A stretch of DNA of 32,000 nucleotides from contig CP001848.1 of NCBI GenBank assembly GCA_000025185.1, forward strand, positions 5,850,001-5,882,000. Reading direction: 5' to 3'. Origin of the DNA: Pirellula staleyi DSM 6068. GTDB taxonomy: Bacteria > Planctomycetota > Planctomycetia > Pirellulales > Pirellulaceae. A program made the position numbers and the translations under genes. Position 1 is the first letter of the stretch. Each line of letters begins with the position of its first letter. This document shows positions 7,643 to 15,700 of the stretch, piece after piece. Below the pieces are notes generated by a model, which saw only the letters and a program-made list of their open reading frames with translations, searched no databases and had not been told where the DNA came from.

Positions 7643-8674
7643 CTATTTGCCATCCATTTCAAACAGCGCGTCGACGAACTGATCGGAGTCGAAGATGGCC
7701 AGGTCGGTGGCTTTTTCGCCGAGTCCGACGAACTTCACCGGAATCGAAAACTTCTCGCGAATCGGAATCACGACGCCACCCTTGGCCGACCCATCCAGCT
7801 TCGCGAGTACGATGCCGGTACAGTGGGCTGCCGTCGAGAATCCTTGTGCCTGGCTAATCGCATTTTGACCCGCCGTGGCATCAAGCACCAGGATCACTTC
7901 GTGGGGAGCTTCTGGGATTTGCTTGCCGATCACGCGGTGAATTTTCTCGAGCTGCTGCATCAGGTTGGTTTGCGTTTGCAAGCGACCGGCGGTGTCGATG
8001 ATGCAAACATCGGCCTTCTCGGCGATCGCCGTTGCCACGGCTCGATGCGCCACGGCGGCGGGATCCCCACCTGCTTCCCCTTTGACGATGTTGGCTCCCA
8101 GTCGTTCGGCCCATATCGTGAGCTGCTCGCAAGCGGCAGCCCGGAACGTATCGCCTGCTCCCAACACGACCGATTTACCCTGCTGACGGAAATAGCTGGT
8201 GAGTTTAGCGATCGAAGTGGTTTTGCCGCTTCCGTTGACTCCCACAACCAGCACCACCGTCGGCCCTTCAGCGGCGTAGGTGATTGGCTGCAGAGGCTGG
8301 GCTACAAGCTCGCGGAGTTCGCTTTTGACCGAGGCAATCACATCGGTCAGATGGACCACACGACCGCGGAAATCGGTCTTCACGCGGTCTCGGATTCGAC
8401 CGGCAGGCCCAACCCCCATGTCGGTTTTGACGAGGATCGAATAGAGCGAATCGAGCATCTCGTCGTCGACCAGCCGCCCCTCTTTTTTGAAGAGGTCGCG
8501 GATATCGGTGTTGAGCAGATCGGTCGTCTTTTTGAGCGCCGATTTCAGTCTCGCAAAAATGCCGACGGGCTGAGCCGGTTCCGCTGGTTTCTCGCTCGAT
8601 GCGGCTGTTTGCTCCGCCTCAGGCTTTTTTTCTTCGGCTGCGGGCTGCTTTTTAAAGAGATCGAAAATTCCCAT
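7643..8674 (-). CDS. ftsY: Signal recognition particle receptor
   Basis: SRP-GTPase motifs are present: GVNGSGKTTSIAKL, DTAGRL and a LAKLDGSAKGG-type G4 region. There is an acidic/Lys-rich N-terminus. The 452-aa + ORF 7538..8896 is a mirror frame. Confidence 0.9.
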   Translation of the reverse strand: MGIFDLFKKQPAAEEKKPEAEQTAASSEKPAEPAQPVGIFARLKSALKKTTDLLNTDIRDLFKKEGRLVDDEMLDSLYSILVKTDMGVGPAGRIRDRVKTDFRGRVVHLTDVIASVKSELRELVAQPLQPITYAAEGPTVVLVVGVNGSGKTTSIAKLTSYFRQQGKSVVLGAGDTFRAAACEQLTIWAERLGANIVKGEAGGDPAAVAHRAVATAIAEKADVCIIDTAGRLQTQTNLMQQLEKIHRVIGKQIPEAPHEVILVLDATAGQNAISQAQGFSTAAHCTGIVLAKLDGSAKGGVVIPIREKFSIPVKFVGLGEKATDLAIFDSDQFVDALFEMDGK

Positions 8675-8751
8675 CGCGTTCCTCGTTTGCCGCGCTCACC
8701 GCTGCATCTGCCAGCCGTCTGCCGATTGATTTACTTCGCCGACGATCAGTC

Positions 8752-9162
8752 TCACGAATCTCGTTTCTTCTGCAAAAACCGATCGAGAATTCCGTTGACG
8801 AACTGCGGCGATTGGCGGGCTCCGAAACGCTTGGCAAGCTCCACCGCTTCGTTGATCGCCACCCGCTGCGGCGTTTGTGTGTGCAGGATTTCGTAGGCCC
8901 CCAGTCGCAGCACGTTTCGGTCGGTCACCGCCATGCGATCGAGCGTCCAGTGATCCGCTTTCTGTTGCAGCAGAACATCGAGCTCCTTACGCCGGCCACG
9001 CACACCGCGCAGCAAATCGCGGGCGAAGTCGACAAGCTCGACATCATCCCCCAAGCGTCGACGGAGAAACACGTCCGACACGGCAATACTGCGGTCCGGG
9101 TTCAGATCATCTTCGTAAAGGATCTGAAGCACCACTTCACGAGCTCGACTACGACGGGCCAT
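8752..9162 (-). CDS. nusB: Transcription antitermination factor NusB
   Basis: The 136-aa product reads MARRSRAREVVLQILYEDDL...AINEAVELAKRFG...FVNGILDRF, a typical NusB pattern. It lies 77 nt upstream of ftsY on the same strand. Confidence 0.85.
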   Translation of the reverse strand: MARRSRAREVVLQILYEDDLNPDRSIAVSDVFLRRRLGDDVELVDFARDLLRGVRGRRKELDVLLQQKADHWTLDRMAVTDRNVLRLGAYEILHTQTPQRVAINEAVELAKRFGARQSPQFVNGILDRFLQKKRDS

Positions 9163-9638
9163 GCAAACCTTCTTAGGATCGACTGCGAAAAATCCGCCAC
9201 TGGCGACAGAAACTCATCCCCAGTATAGCAACCTGCCGTCAGCTTCGGGGGAGAGAGCAAGGACTTCCCGGAAAGTGAAAACCGTGGGGGCCACCTCGGC
9301 CTGTAGCCTTCGAGCGTGCGACAGGCGATTCATTTCCGCCTCGTCCCTCGCCAGGAAGAGCAGCGTCCCGCACAGAGAAGACACGGCGAGAACCGCAGCC
9401 CCTCCGTAAAGACAGCCGCCAGAAAGCGAGGGATCGCCCGCCTGCACTTTGAAAGTCCACCCTGCCCCGCATGGCGACCAGCGGAGAGCACGAAACCACG
9501 ACAGCCGCGGTCGCAACATCGAATGCCGTTACGTCAGTCAATCGGCATCAAGGGGTTTGCAGAAGGGGGGCGAGTCACTCCCCCTTCCGCCACAACAACA
9601 GAGCCACCAAATTGGCCTTCGCGTCAAAACGGCAACAA

Positions 9639-12575
9639 CTAGTCGCCGATATTCTCAACAGCCAAACGTGCTGACTTCAAGAGGTCACCAAGCCGGACCT
9701 TGGCCTCATAGAAAGCTTGAACTGAATAAAATCTATATCCAACTAGCAAAGATAACGACTCAAGATAGTCATACTTCTCTCCAAGTTTATTGACGATAGT
9801 CTCGATGAGCAACGATACAACTTGAAGCAACTTCGCGGATTCTTCCTGATTTCCCTCGTTTACTGCTACAGCAAGCTTCTCTAATTCATCAACCACGCCT
9901 GAATTTATAGAAAAGTATTCTTCTACTCCTTCGTCAAGTTGCGCCCACTCTGTCGCCAGTGTCTGCGCATTCGAAACATCTGCTTCTGTTGAGGTATTGC
10001 ATTCTTGAACCAATCGATTGATGCTTTCTTCATCATACAGTTCAAAGGACGAATAGGATCCAGGATTATTTAGAGTTTGCTTTCGAGCGAGCAACGGCAT
10101 GACGTCCACCATCTTCAAGCTCATTATGAGCTGCAGGGATCGATCGAAGTTAGTTCCATCGCTACTCATTTCGCGATCACGCAACAACTCACCAAATTCC
10201 CCACTCAATTTCGATCCTTGCTCCTTGACAAGCTCAATTATACCTTCACATTTATCAGCTATCTCATCTACCTCTAATTCCGCTGGATCTCCTACATCGT
10301 CGAGTAGAGTTACAACTTGCACCTCTTTTAGCTTGAGTGATACGTTGGCCGAATAGTTCCAGTTAGCATCGAGATATGTTTTCACTTGCCCATTTGCGGG
10401 AGCTCCGGAATAAATCTTTTCAACGATCGACGATATCTCATCAAGCCTTTCCCTACAAAACTCGAGCGATACTTTCATCTCTTCCCAATCGGTCTCGCGA
10501 GAAAATTGCTGCCAGTTTGCCCGCGGATCATCCAACTCAAGTAGTAACCTAGCAAGTTCCTCAACGTCTGCGCGATACCGCTCATCGAGCAATCCTTTGT
10601 CAAGCGCATCATTCATTGTCGACAGCCAAGCTTCACGGTCGTAACCAGCCTTGATCGAAAGTTCCGGAATAATGGGCTTCTCCACCACTTCGATGCTGGG
10701 TGGCTCGACAATCCCCTGAAGTAACTTCTGAGCCTCCTCGTCACTCATCATCGAGTCGGAAAGGAAGGGATGCCCAAGGGCTTCAATCGAAGTCGGGCGA
10801 GTGTCACGCGATTGGCCGGTGAGCCACTTCGTGAACTGCTTGAACTGAACTTCATAGTCGTCTTTCCGGATCTTTTTCCATTGCTCCTGATCTTCTTGCC
10901 CCCACTTCACCTCAGGACTCGACTTTTTGACGGTCGGCGCAGACTTCTCTGCGACAACTCCTGCGGAGAATACATCAAACCTTCCGTCGACGGCTATGTT
11001 ATCGTTTGGCAAGTAATCGGTCTTAACAATTTTGGAGGTCTCTCCAACCTGAATCGCTCCGCCGAGATCGATTAGTTTCATCCCACCTGACTTGGCGTCA
11101 ATCATTACATTTTCTGGCTTAATATCACTGTGCACTAATCCCTGATTTTCAATGTGTGCCAGCGTCTGAAGCATCTTGCGTTCCATGTACTGAATGATAC
11201 CCCAGTACTGGGTATCGCTAAGTTCACCCTTTAGGTGCTTCGCTTTGAGCTTACTCAAAACTGCTTTCTGCGATTCTCCTTCAACCGCCTCCAAAATTAA
11301 GGATTTACGCTTAATCTTCGACCGTTTGGGATAGTCGACTTCGACTTCGATCTCTTGCACTCCCATGCACTTCGGAAGTCCTGGGTGATCTCCCAGTTGC
11401 TCATAGATCTTGTACTCCTTCTCGAGCAAGTGGTCATTGCTCATCGTACGCGAGAACTTGCCAACCAGAGGTTTTCCCTCTTTGGAGGGAAGCATGTAAG
11501 CTGCGCCAAACCCACCAACACCAAGCTTCTTGCCTAGACTGCGGCTCTTAAGTGTTGGTGCCATTTCCTTGATCCAATCCTCGGTCGTTTGCGTTATCTG
11601 GGGAGCCACCGCTCCTTCCAGTTGACTGAGAATTTGACCAGCCAGGTCAAAGTTTTGGTCGGAAATCGCCTTCTTGAAATCGGCAATCAACTGCTTCACT
11701 TTGGGACCACGCTTGGTGTCTTGAAGCGATTTCTGAATTGGCCCGGCGAGATCATTGAGCGACGATAGACCGACCTTCACCTCGGACGGTTTCTTTTCAG
11801 TTTTGACTGGCTGCAGTTGATTCAGGAGCAATGCCAGATCGCGCAGCGATTGCTTGGCCATCTCAAAACTGCGGCTGCGCAGGTCGACCTGAAACTTGGC
11901 AACCAGGTTCGAGAGATCAGCCTTTCGTTGCGGATACTGGCCGCTCGCTTCGCCAATTCTCGGCATCAAAGCCTTTAGCTTCTCCATGAGCTGAGGGGTC
12001 AGGTCGAACTCAGGGGCATTAGGAACTTCCGGTTCAAGAGTCTGGCTTGTTGACTGCTGATCAACGGTTGGCTCGACCGGACGGTTCTTCTCATCGAGTT
12101 GCTGAATTCGCTCGTTTTTCAGCCTGTTCTCTTCCGAGTCATCCTTACTGCTCGCTCCGATCTCAGCCCCATTGTCTTCCGGAAGTGGCATTTTCTCGAG
12201 CACTTCATCGGGGATGTCGTCGTTGATCTCGACGATACTGGCAACTACCTCGTAGCGAGCCTTGAGAGTTAGCTTGGTCGATTCCGTAATGAATTTGCGA
12301 AGCTTCATCTCGGTGACCGAGGGAATCTCCAGCACCTGAAAGACGAGGCCAGCATCATTGGTGGGGTCGAGTTTTACGACACCTTGAAATGCGGCGTTGC
12401 CCCCATTCTTTTTCTTCGACTCCTGGACCTCGTTCGGTTTGATGGGCTTTTTACTGACGATCAGGTCCAGTGGATTCGCCCCCTTGGCGATTGCCGCAAA
12501 ATTGCGGGGCCTCTTCCGGGCACTTTGCAGAGACTTGGCCAATTCCTTGTTTACTTCTTGATTCTCTCCAGCCAT
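9639..12575 (-). CDS. Large (978 aa) eukaryotic-like Ser/Thr protein kinase with unassigned N- and C-terminal domains, in a low-GC gene
   Basis: The central kinase core (~10776-11543) has a Gly loop LGVGGFGAAY, a catalytic loop HSDIKPEN (11109-11132) and DLG in place of DFG. The first ~340 aa and the helical last ~370 aa match nothing I recognise. A GAGG RBS lies 5-8 nt upstream of the ATG. Hand-counted lines inside the gene give 22/60, 22/60, 26/60 and 31/60 GC, against 39/60 and 42/60 in ftsY and ruvB. Confidence 0.8.
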   Translation of the reverse strand: MAGENQEVNKELAKSLQSARKRPRNFAAIAKGANPLDLIVSKKPIKPNEVQESKKKNGGNAAFQGVVKLDPTNDAGLVFQVLEIPSVTEMKLRKFITESTKLTLKARYEVVASIVEINDDIPDEVLEKMPLPEDNGAEIGASSKDDSEENRLKNERIQQLDEKNRPVEPTVDQQSTSQTLEPEVPNAPEFDLTPQLMEKLKALMPRIGEASGQYPQRKADLSNLVAKFQVDLRSRSFEMAKQSLRDLALLLNQLQPVKTEKKPSEVKVGLSSLNDLAGPIQKSLQDTKRGPKVKQLIADFKKAISDQNFDLAGQILSQLEGAVAPQITQTTEDWIKEMAPTLKSRSLGKKLGVGGFGAAYMLPSKEGKPLVGKFSRTMSNDHLLEKEYKIYEQLGDHPGLPKCMGVQEIEVEVDYPKRSKIKRKSLILEAVEGESQKAVLSKLKAKHLKGELSDTQYWGIIQYMERKMLQTLAHIENQGLVHSDIKPENVMIDAKSGGMKLIDLGGAIQVGETSKIVKTDYLPNDNIAVDGRFDVFSAGVVAEKSAPTVKKSSPEVKWGQEDQEQWKKIRKDDYEVQFKQFTKWLTGQSRDTRPTSIEALGHPFLSDSMMSDEEAQKLLQGIVEPPSIEVVEKPIIPELSIKAGYDREAWLSTMNDALDKGLLDERYRADVEELARLLLELDDPRANWQQFSRETDWEEMKVSLEFCRERLDEISSIVEKIYSGAPANGQVKTYLDANWNYSANVSLKLKEVQVVTLLDDVGDPAELEVDEIADKCEGIIELVKEQGSKLSGEFGELLRDREMSSDGTNFDRSLQLIMSLKMVDVMPLLARKQTLNNPGSYSSFELYDEESINRLVQECNTSTEADVSNAQTLATEWAQLDEGVEEYFSINSGVVDELEKLAVAVNEGNQEESAKLLQVVSLLIETIVNKLGEKYDYLESLSLLVGYRFYSVQAFYEAKVRLGDLLKSARLAVENIGD

Positions 12576-12651
12576 ATGACCTCGATGAAACGCCTTGCCT
12601 AAAAGGAGATACTGCTAAAAACAACGATGGAAGAGGACGAGCGCCCGCCTG

Positions 12652-12699
12652 AAAAAACTACACCTCAAAGAGCAAGAAAAAACGCCACAGAGGGTGTAG
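12652..12699 (-). terminator. Possible terminator downstream of ruvB, separating it from the kinase gene
   Basis: The minus strand reads ctacacc...(28-nt loop)...ggtgtag followed by TTTTTT. The stem is only 7 bp and the loop is large, so this is weak. Confidence 0.3.
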
Positions 12700-12869
12700 A
12701 CCGCCACTGCGTTTGACTGACCAGGGCATGCTAGAACGAGGCAAATGTTATTTGCAATCCATTCTTGTGAGGGGCTGGAGCCACTTAAGCGCTACAGCAG
12801 ATGACCTAGTCGACTTAGGTTGCGGACCCACCGGGGGCTTTTTTCCCGCACCTAATTCGTCAGCCAGCG

Positions 12870-13865
12870 TTATTTATTGCCCCAAGCTTTCAGATGTTCG
12901 AAAGCTTTGCTGGTGAGCATGCGGCCACGGGGAGAGCGAACGATCAGTTCGCAGCGCAAGAGAAACGGCTCGACTTCGTCTGACAGAGTGTCGGTGGCCA
13001 AGTTCATGGTGTGAGCGACGGAATCGACGCCGACCGGTCCGCCCGAGAAAACACGTAGAATCGTCTCGAGATAGGCCCGGTCTTGCTTATCAAGCCCCAG
13101 GATATCGATCCCCGACATCGCCAAGGCAGCCTGTGCCACAGCGACCGTGATTTGGCCGCTCGACTTGGCCTCGGCATAGTCGCGCACCCAGCGCAGCCGA
13201 TGATTGGCGATGCGCGGTGTGCCGCGGCTGCGGCGGGCAATTTCGATCGCGGCATCGCCGGCGATGTTGCAACTGAGCTTCGCCGCACTGCGGCGGACGA
13301 TTTCCGTCAGTTCGTCGACCGTATAAAAGCCCAAATGCTCGCGAACCGCAAACCGATCGCGCAAGGGGCTCGAAAGCATACCGGCCCGCGTGGTGGCGCC
13401 GATGAGCGTAAACGGCTTCAGCTTCAGGTTAATCGTGCGGGCGTTCACCCCTTCGCCAAGCACAATATCGAGCCGAAAATCTTCCATCGCCGTATAGAGA
13501 TATTCTTCGACCGGCTTGGGCATCCGGTGGATCTCGTCGATGAACAGCACGCTGTTGGGCTCGAGATTCGTGAGATAAGGAATCAAATCCTTGGGAGCCT
13601 TGAGCGCTGGCCCGCTGCTGGTCACCAGCGGCACGTTCAGCTCGCGGGGAATGCAGTTGGCAAAGGTCGTTTTGCCGAGTCCCGGTGGACCGTCGAACAG
13701 AATATGCCCCAGCGTATCGCTTCGCTTACGAGCGGCGTCGACGACAATCCGCAGCCGCTCGATCACTTCCTGCTGCCCCACCATGTCGGCCATCCGCTGC
13801 GGTCGCAGGTCGCGATCTTCCTCGGGTTCAGGAATCTCGGCCGATAAAATTGCTTCACGAGGCAT
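12870..13865 (-). CDS. ruvB: Holliday junction branch migration ATPase RuvB
   Basis: Motifs include LRPQRMADMVGQ, Walker A GPPGLGKTT, FIDEIHR and GATTRAG. ORF 12870..13997 is trimmed to the ATG at 13865, giving 331 aa, a typical RuvB length. Confidence 0.9.
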   Translation of the reverse strand: MPREAILSAEIPEPEEDRDLRPQRMADMVGQQEVIERLRIVVDAARKRSDTLGHILFDGPPGLGKTTFANCIPRELNVPLVTSSGPALKAPKDLIPYLTNLEPNSVLFIDEIHRMPKPVEEYLYTAMEDFRLDIVLGEGVNARTINLKLKPFTLIGATTRAGMLSSPLRDRFAVREHLGFYTVDELTEIVRRSAAKLSCNIAGDAAIEIARRSRGTPRIANHRLRWVRDYAEAKSSGQITVAVAQAALAMSGIDILGLDKQDRAYLETILRVFSGGPVGVDSVAHTMNLATDTLSDEVEPFLLRCELIVRSPRGRMLTSKAFEHLKAWGNK

Positions 13866-14180
13866 CGCTGGTTCCGTCCACAAGCTTCCGGCAAACGCGG
13901 GGCACAATCCGGCTGCAAACCGAGCCATCAATCGGCTCGATAGTGGCCAGTTGTACCATACCTGGGGCACCGACTCCAAGATAAGACCCGCAGCCACTCG
14001 CCGAGCGAATCGAACTGGCGCAAATGTCGACTCGCCAAAATCGTTTAGAAAGCTCCCGTGACACCCGCCAAATGCGGTTTAGCGACGGTTGCTCTGCCCC
14101 AAGGGGCGCGTTATGCTCGACTCCCTTGCCCCGCCGCTAGAATAGGTCGCTACACCCTTAGTTGTTTAAACAGCTGTTGT

Positions 14181-14199
14181 GTGGCAGACTTCCTGCCAC
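14181..14199 (+). promoter_or_regulatory. Perfect inverted repeat GTGGCAG-N5-CTGCCAC that also reads as a near-consensus sigma-54 promoter (TGGCAG-N5-CTGC)
   Basis: It lies 77-95 nt upstream of the ATG at 14276. The GG (-24) and GC (-12) dinucleotides are at the correct spacing. It is immediately preceded by the palindromes GTTTAAAC and CAGCTG. Operator versus promoter cannot be resolved from sequence. Confidence 0.35.
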
Positions 14200-14275
14200 T
14201 GCATCATCTGCTCTGCAAATACGTCGTCGATCGCCTTCAACCGTCATCCGTTAGTCTCTCCAGCGAGGATTCGGC

Positions 14276-15409
14276 ATGAGTTCCGTGGATACCGCAGCCC
14301 CCAGTTCGCTCGAGGCCAAGATTCAAGCAGCCAAGGACAAACTCGACGCGCATGCGTACGAGGTCGTCCAGTTCCATTTTCACGACTCAACGGGCTGCCC
14401 GTTCTGGCTGGAAAAGAAACGCGAGTTCAACTTCAATCCACTCACCGAAGTGAAGTGCTACGCCGACATCCAAAAGTTCCCGCTGTTCGAAGACGAGTGG
14501 CTGCGTGGCGGTCCGATTCGCCGCTGGGTCCCGAAGGCCTTGGCCGATAAACCGACCTACGTCTTCGAAACTGGCGGAACAACCGGCATTCCGAAGAGCC
14601 GCATGGTGATCGAAGACCACTGGATCGACTACGAAAACTTCAGCCACACCTTGCCCGACGAATACTTCCCCAAGGGAAGCAATTGGTTGATGCTCGGCCC
14701 CAGCGGACCACGTCGTCTGCGACTCGCCGTCGAACACCTCGCCCAATTCCGTGGCGGCATCTGCTTCTGCATCGATCTCGATCCACGCTGGGTCGTCAAG
14801 CTCATCAAAAAGGGCTGGATGGAGCACCTCGAGGAATACAAAAAACACTGTATCGACCAGGCGATCACGATCCTCACGGCTGGCCACGACATCAAGTGCG
14901 CCTTCGCCACCCCGAAGCTGCTCGATGCGCTTTGCCAAGAGCTCGAAAATCGGGGCATGAGCCTCAAGGAACTCGGCATCACCGGCATTTTCTCAGGCGG
15001 AACCGAATTCACCCCACAGTGGACGCGCTACTGCATCGAAGAACTCTTCGGCGGTCCGCCGGAAGAGAGTGGCATCTACATGACCCCAACCTACGGCAAC
15101 ACGCTGATGGGTCTGGCCTGCAGCAAACCGGTCACCGCTGCCGACAAGTACAAGATTTCGTACTACGCTCCGCAGCCTCGTGCTGTGGCAGAAGTGGTCG
15201 ACTTCGACGATCCGATGAAAGTGGTGCCCTACGGTGAATCGGGCCGTGTGAAGCTCACCACGATGACCAAGGAATTCTTCGTACCCGGCTTCCTTGAGCG
15301 CGACGAAGGGGAACGCGAAATGCCGTTCGACAAGTATCCTTGGGACGGTGTGAGCGGCGTGAAACCGTGGCGCGGCATCGCCTCCAGCACCACCGTCGGC
15401 GTCTACTAA
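14276..15409 (+). CDS. ANL-superfamily adenylate-forming enzyme (PaaK/LuxE-like acyl-AMP or acyl-protein synthetase)
   Basis: The 377-aa product has the P-loop-like adenylation motif FETGGTTGIPKSRMV (compare PaaK SSGTTGKP and LuxE SSGTSG). Its size matches LuxE (~370-380 aa). A GAGGA RBS is present. Confidence 0.6.
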   Translation: MSSVDTAAPSSLEAKIQAAKDKLDAHAYEVVQFHFHDSTGCPFWLEKKREFNFNPLTEVKCYADIQKFPLFEDEWLRGGPIRRWVPKALADKPTYVFETGGTTGIPKSRMVIEDHWIDYENFSHTLPDEYFPKGSNWLMLGPSGPRRLRLAVEHLAQFRGGICFCIDLDPRWVVKLIKKGWMEHLEEYKKHCIDQAITILTAGHDIKCAFATPKLLDALCQELENRGMSLKELGITGIFSGGTEFTPQWTRYCIEELFGGPPEESGIYMTPTYGNTLMGLACSKPVTAADKYKISYYAPQPRAVAEVVDFDDPMKVVPYGESGRVKLTTMTKEFFVPGFLERDEGEREMPFDKYPWDGVSGVKPWRGIASSTTVGVY

Positions 15410-15427
15410 ACCGACCGGTCGTCAGCG

Positions 15428-15616
15428 AGTTTTGAGGGTGCCACTCAAGTTTTGGGTGGCACTCGAATCTCGGGGTGGCACTGCTGGCTTGTCCAGCAGT
15501 GTGCCCCCTAATCCGACCTGACCATCGTGTGCCACAGGGCTCTGCCCAGTGCGAACTGCGAACCAAAATCTTGAATTGCAACTTGCCTGGGTGCCACTGG
15601 CTTTGCCAGTGCAAAC
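15428..15616. repeat. Cluster of five GTGSCAC-cored hairpin repeats (REP-like) in the spacer between the ANL and reductase genes
   Basis: Units 15428-15446 (agttttgagggtgccactc) and 15448-15464 (agttttgggtggcactc) are in tandem. 15472-15508 is a long hairpin (cactgctgg/ccagcagtg plus gggg/cccc). 15527-15556 (gtgtgccacagggctctgcccagtgcgaac) and 15589-15616 (gggtgccactggctttgccagtgcaaac) are two copies of one ~30-nt hairpin unit. Confidence 0.7.
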
Positions 15617-15700
15617 AGTAAATACCCCTCGTTTCAACGAAGTCGTCGTCCCCACCTTGCGACCTCCTCCCTACGTCCACCGCTGCTGGAGATTTCCGCC

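Noticed and set aside
9214-9519. A 101-aa minus-strand ORF downstream of the kinase gene with one hydrophobic stretch (possible small membrane partner).
   Set aside because: The N-terminus is R/W-rich (MLRPRLSWFRALRW). It overlaps two other equally long ORFs in other frames, has no RBS and has high-GC composition unlike the kinase gene. It is not supportable as a gene.
9163-9638. Motifs reminiscent of structured RNAs: gaaagtcc (RNase P CR-I-like) at 9451-9458, acagagaag, and caggaagagcagc (SRP-RNA-like).
   Set aside because: The order and context do not fit RNase P, where GAAAGUCC should lie near the 5' third and be followed by the GGUAA/GUGAAA modules. There is no tmRNA or SRP helix-8 symmetric loop partner. 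I could not build a consistent secondary structure by eye, so this needs an Infernal scan.
15454-15495. TGGCAC sequences inside the hairpin repeats as possible sigma-54 promoters for the reductase gene.
   Set aside because: None has a TTGC/CTGC element at the required 5-nt spacing. The sequences read TGGCAC-tcgaa-tctc and TGGCAC-tgctg-gctt. The GTGCCAC copies lack the GG dinucleotide.
15428-15616. Whether the repeat cluster could be a small CRISPR array.
   Set aside because: The units are heterogeneous in length (18-37 nt). They are contiguous or irregularly spaced, with no unique spacers of constant size. No cas genes are in the window.
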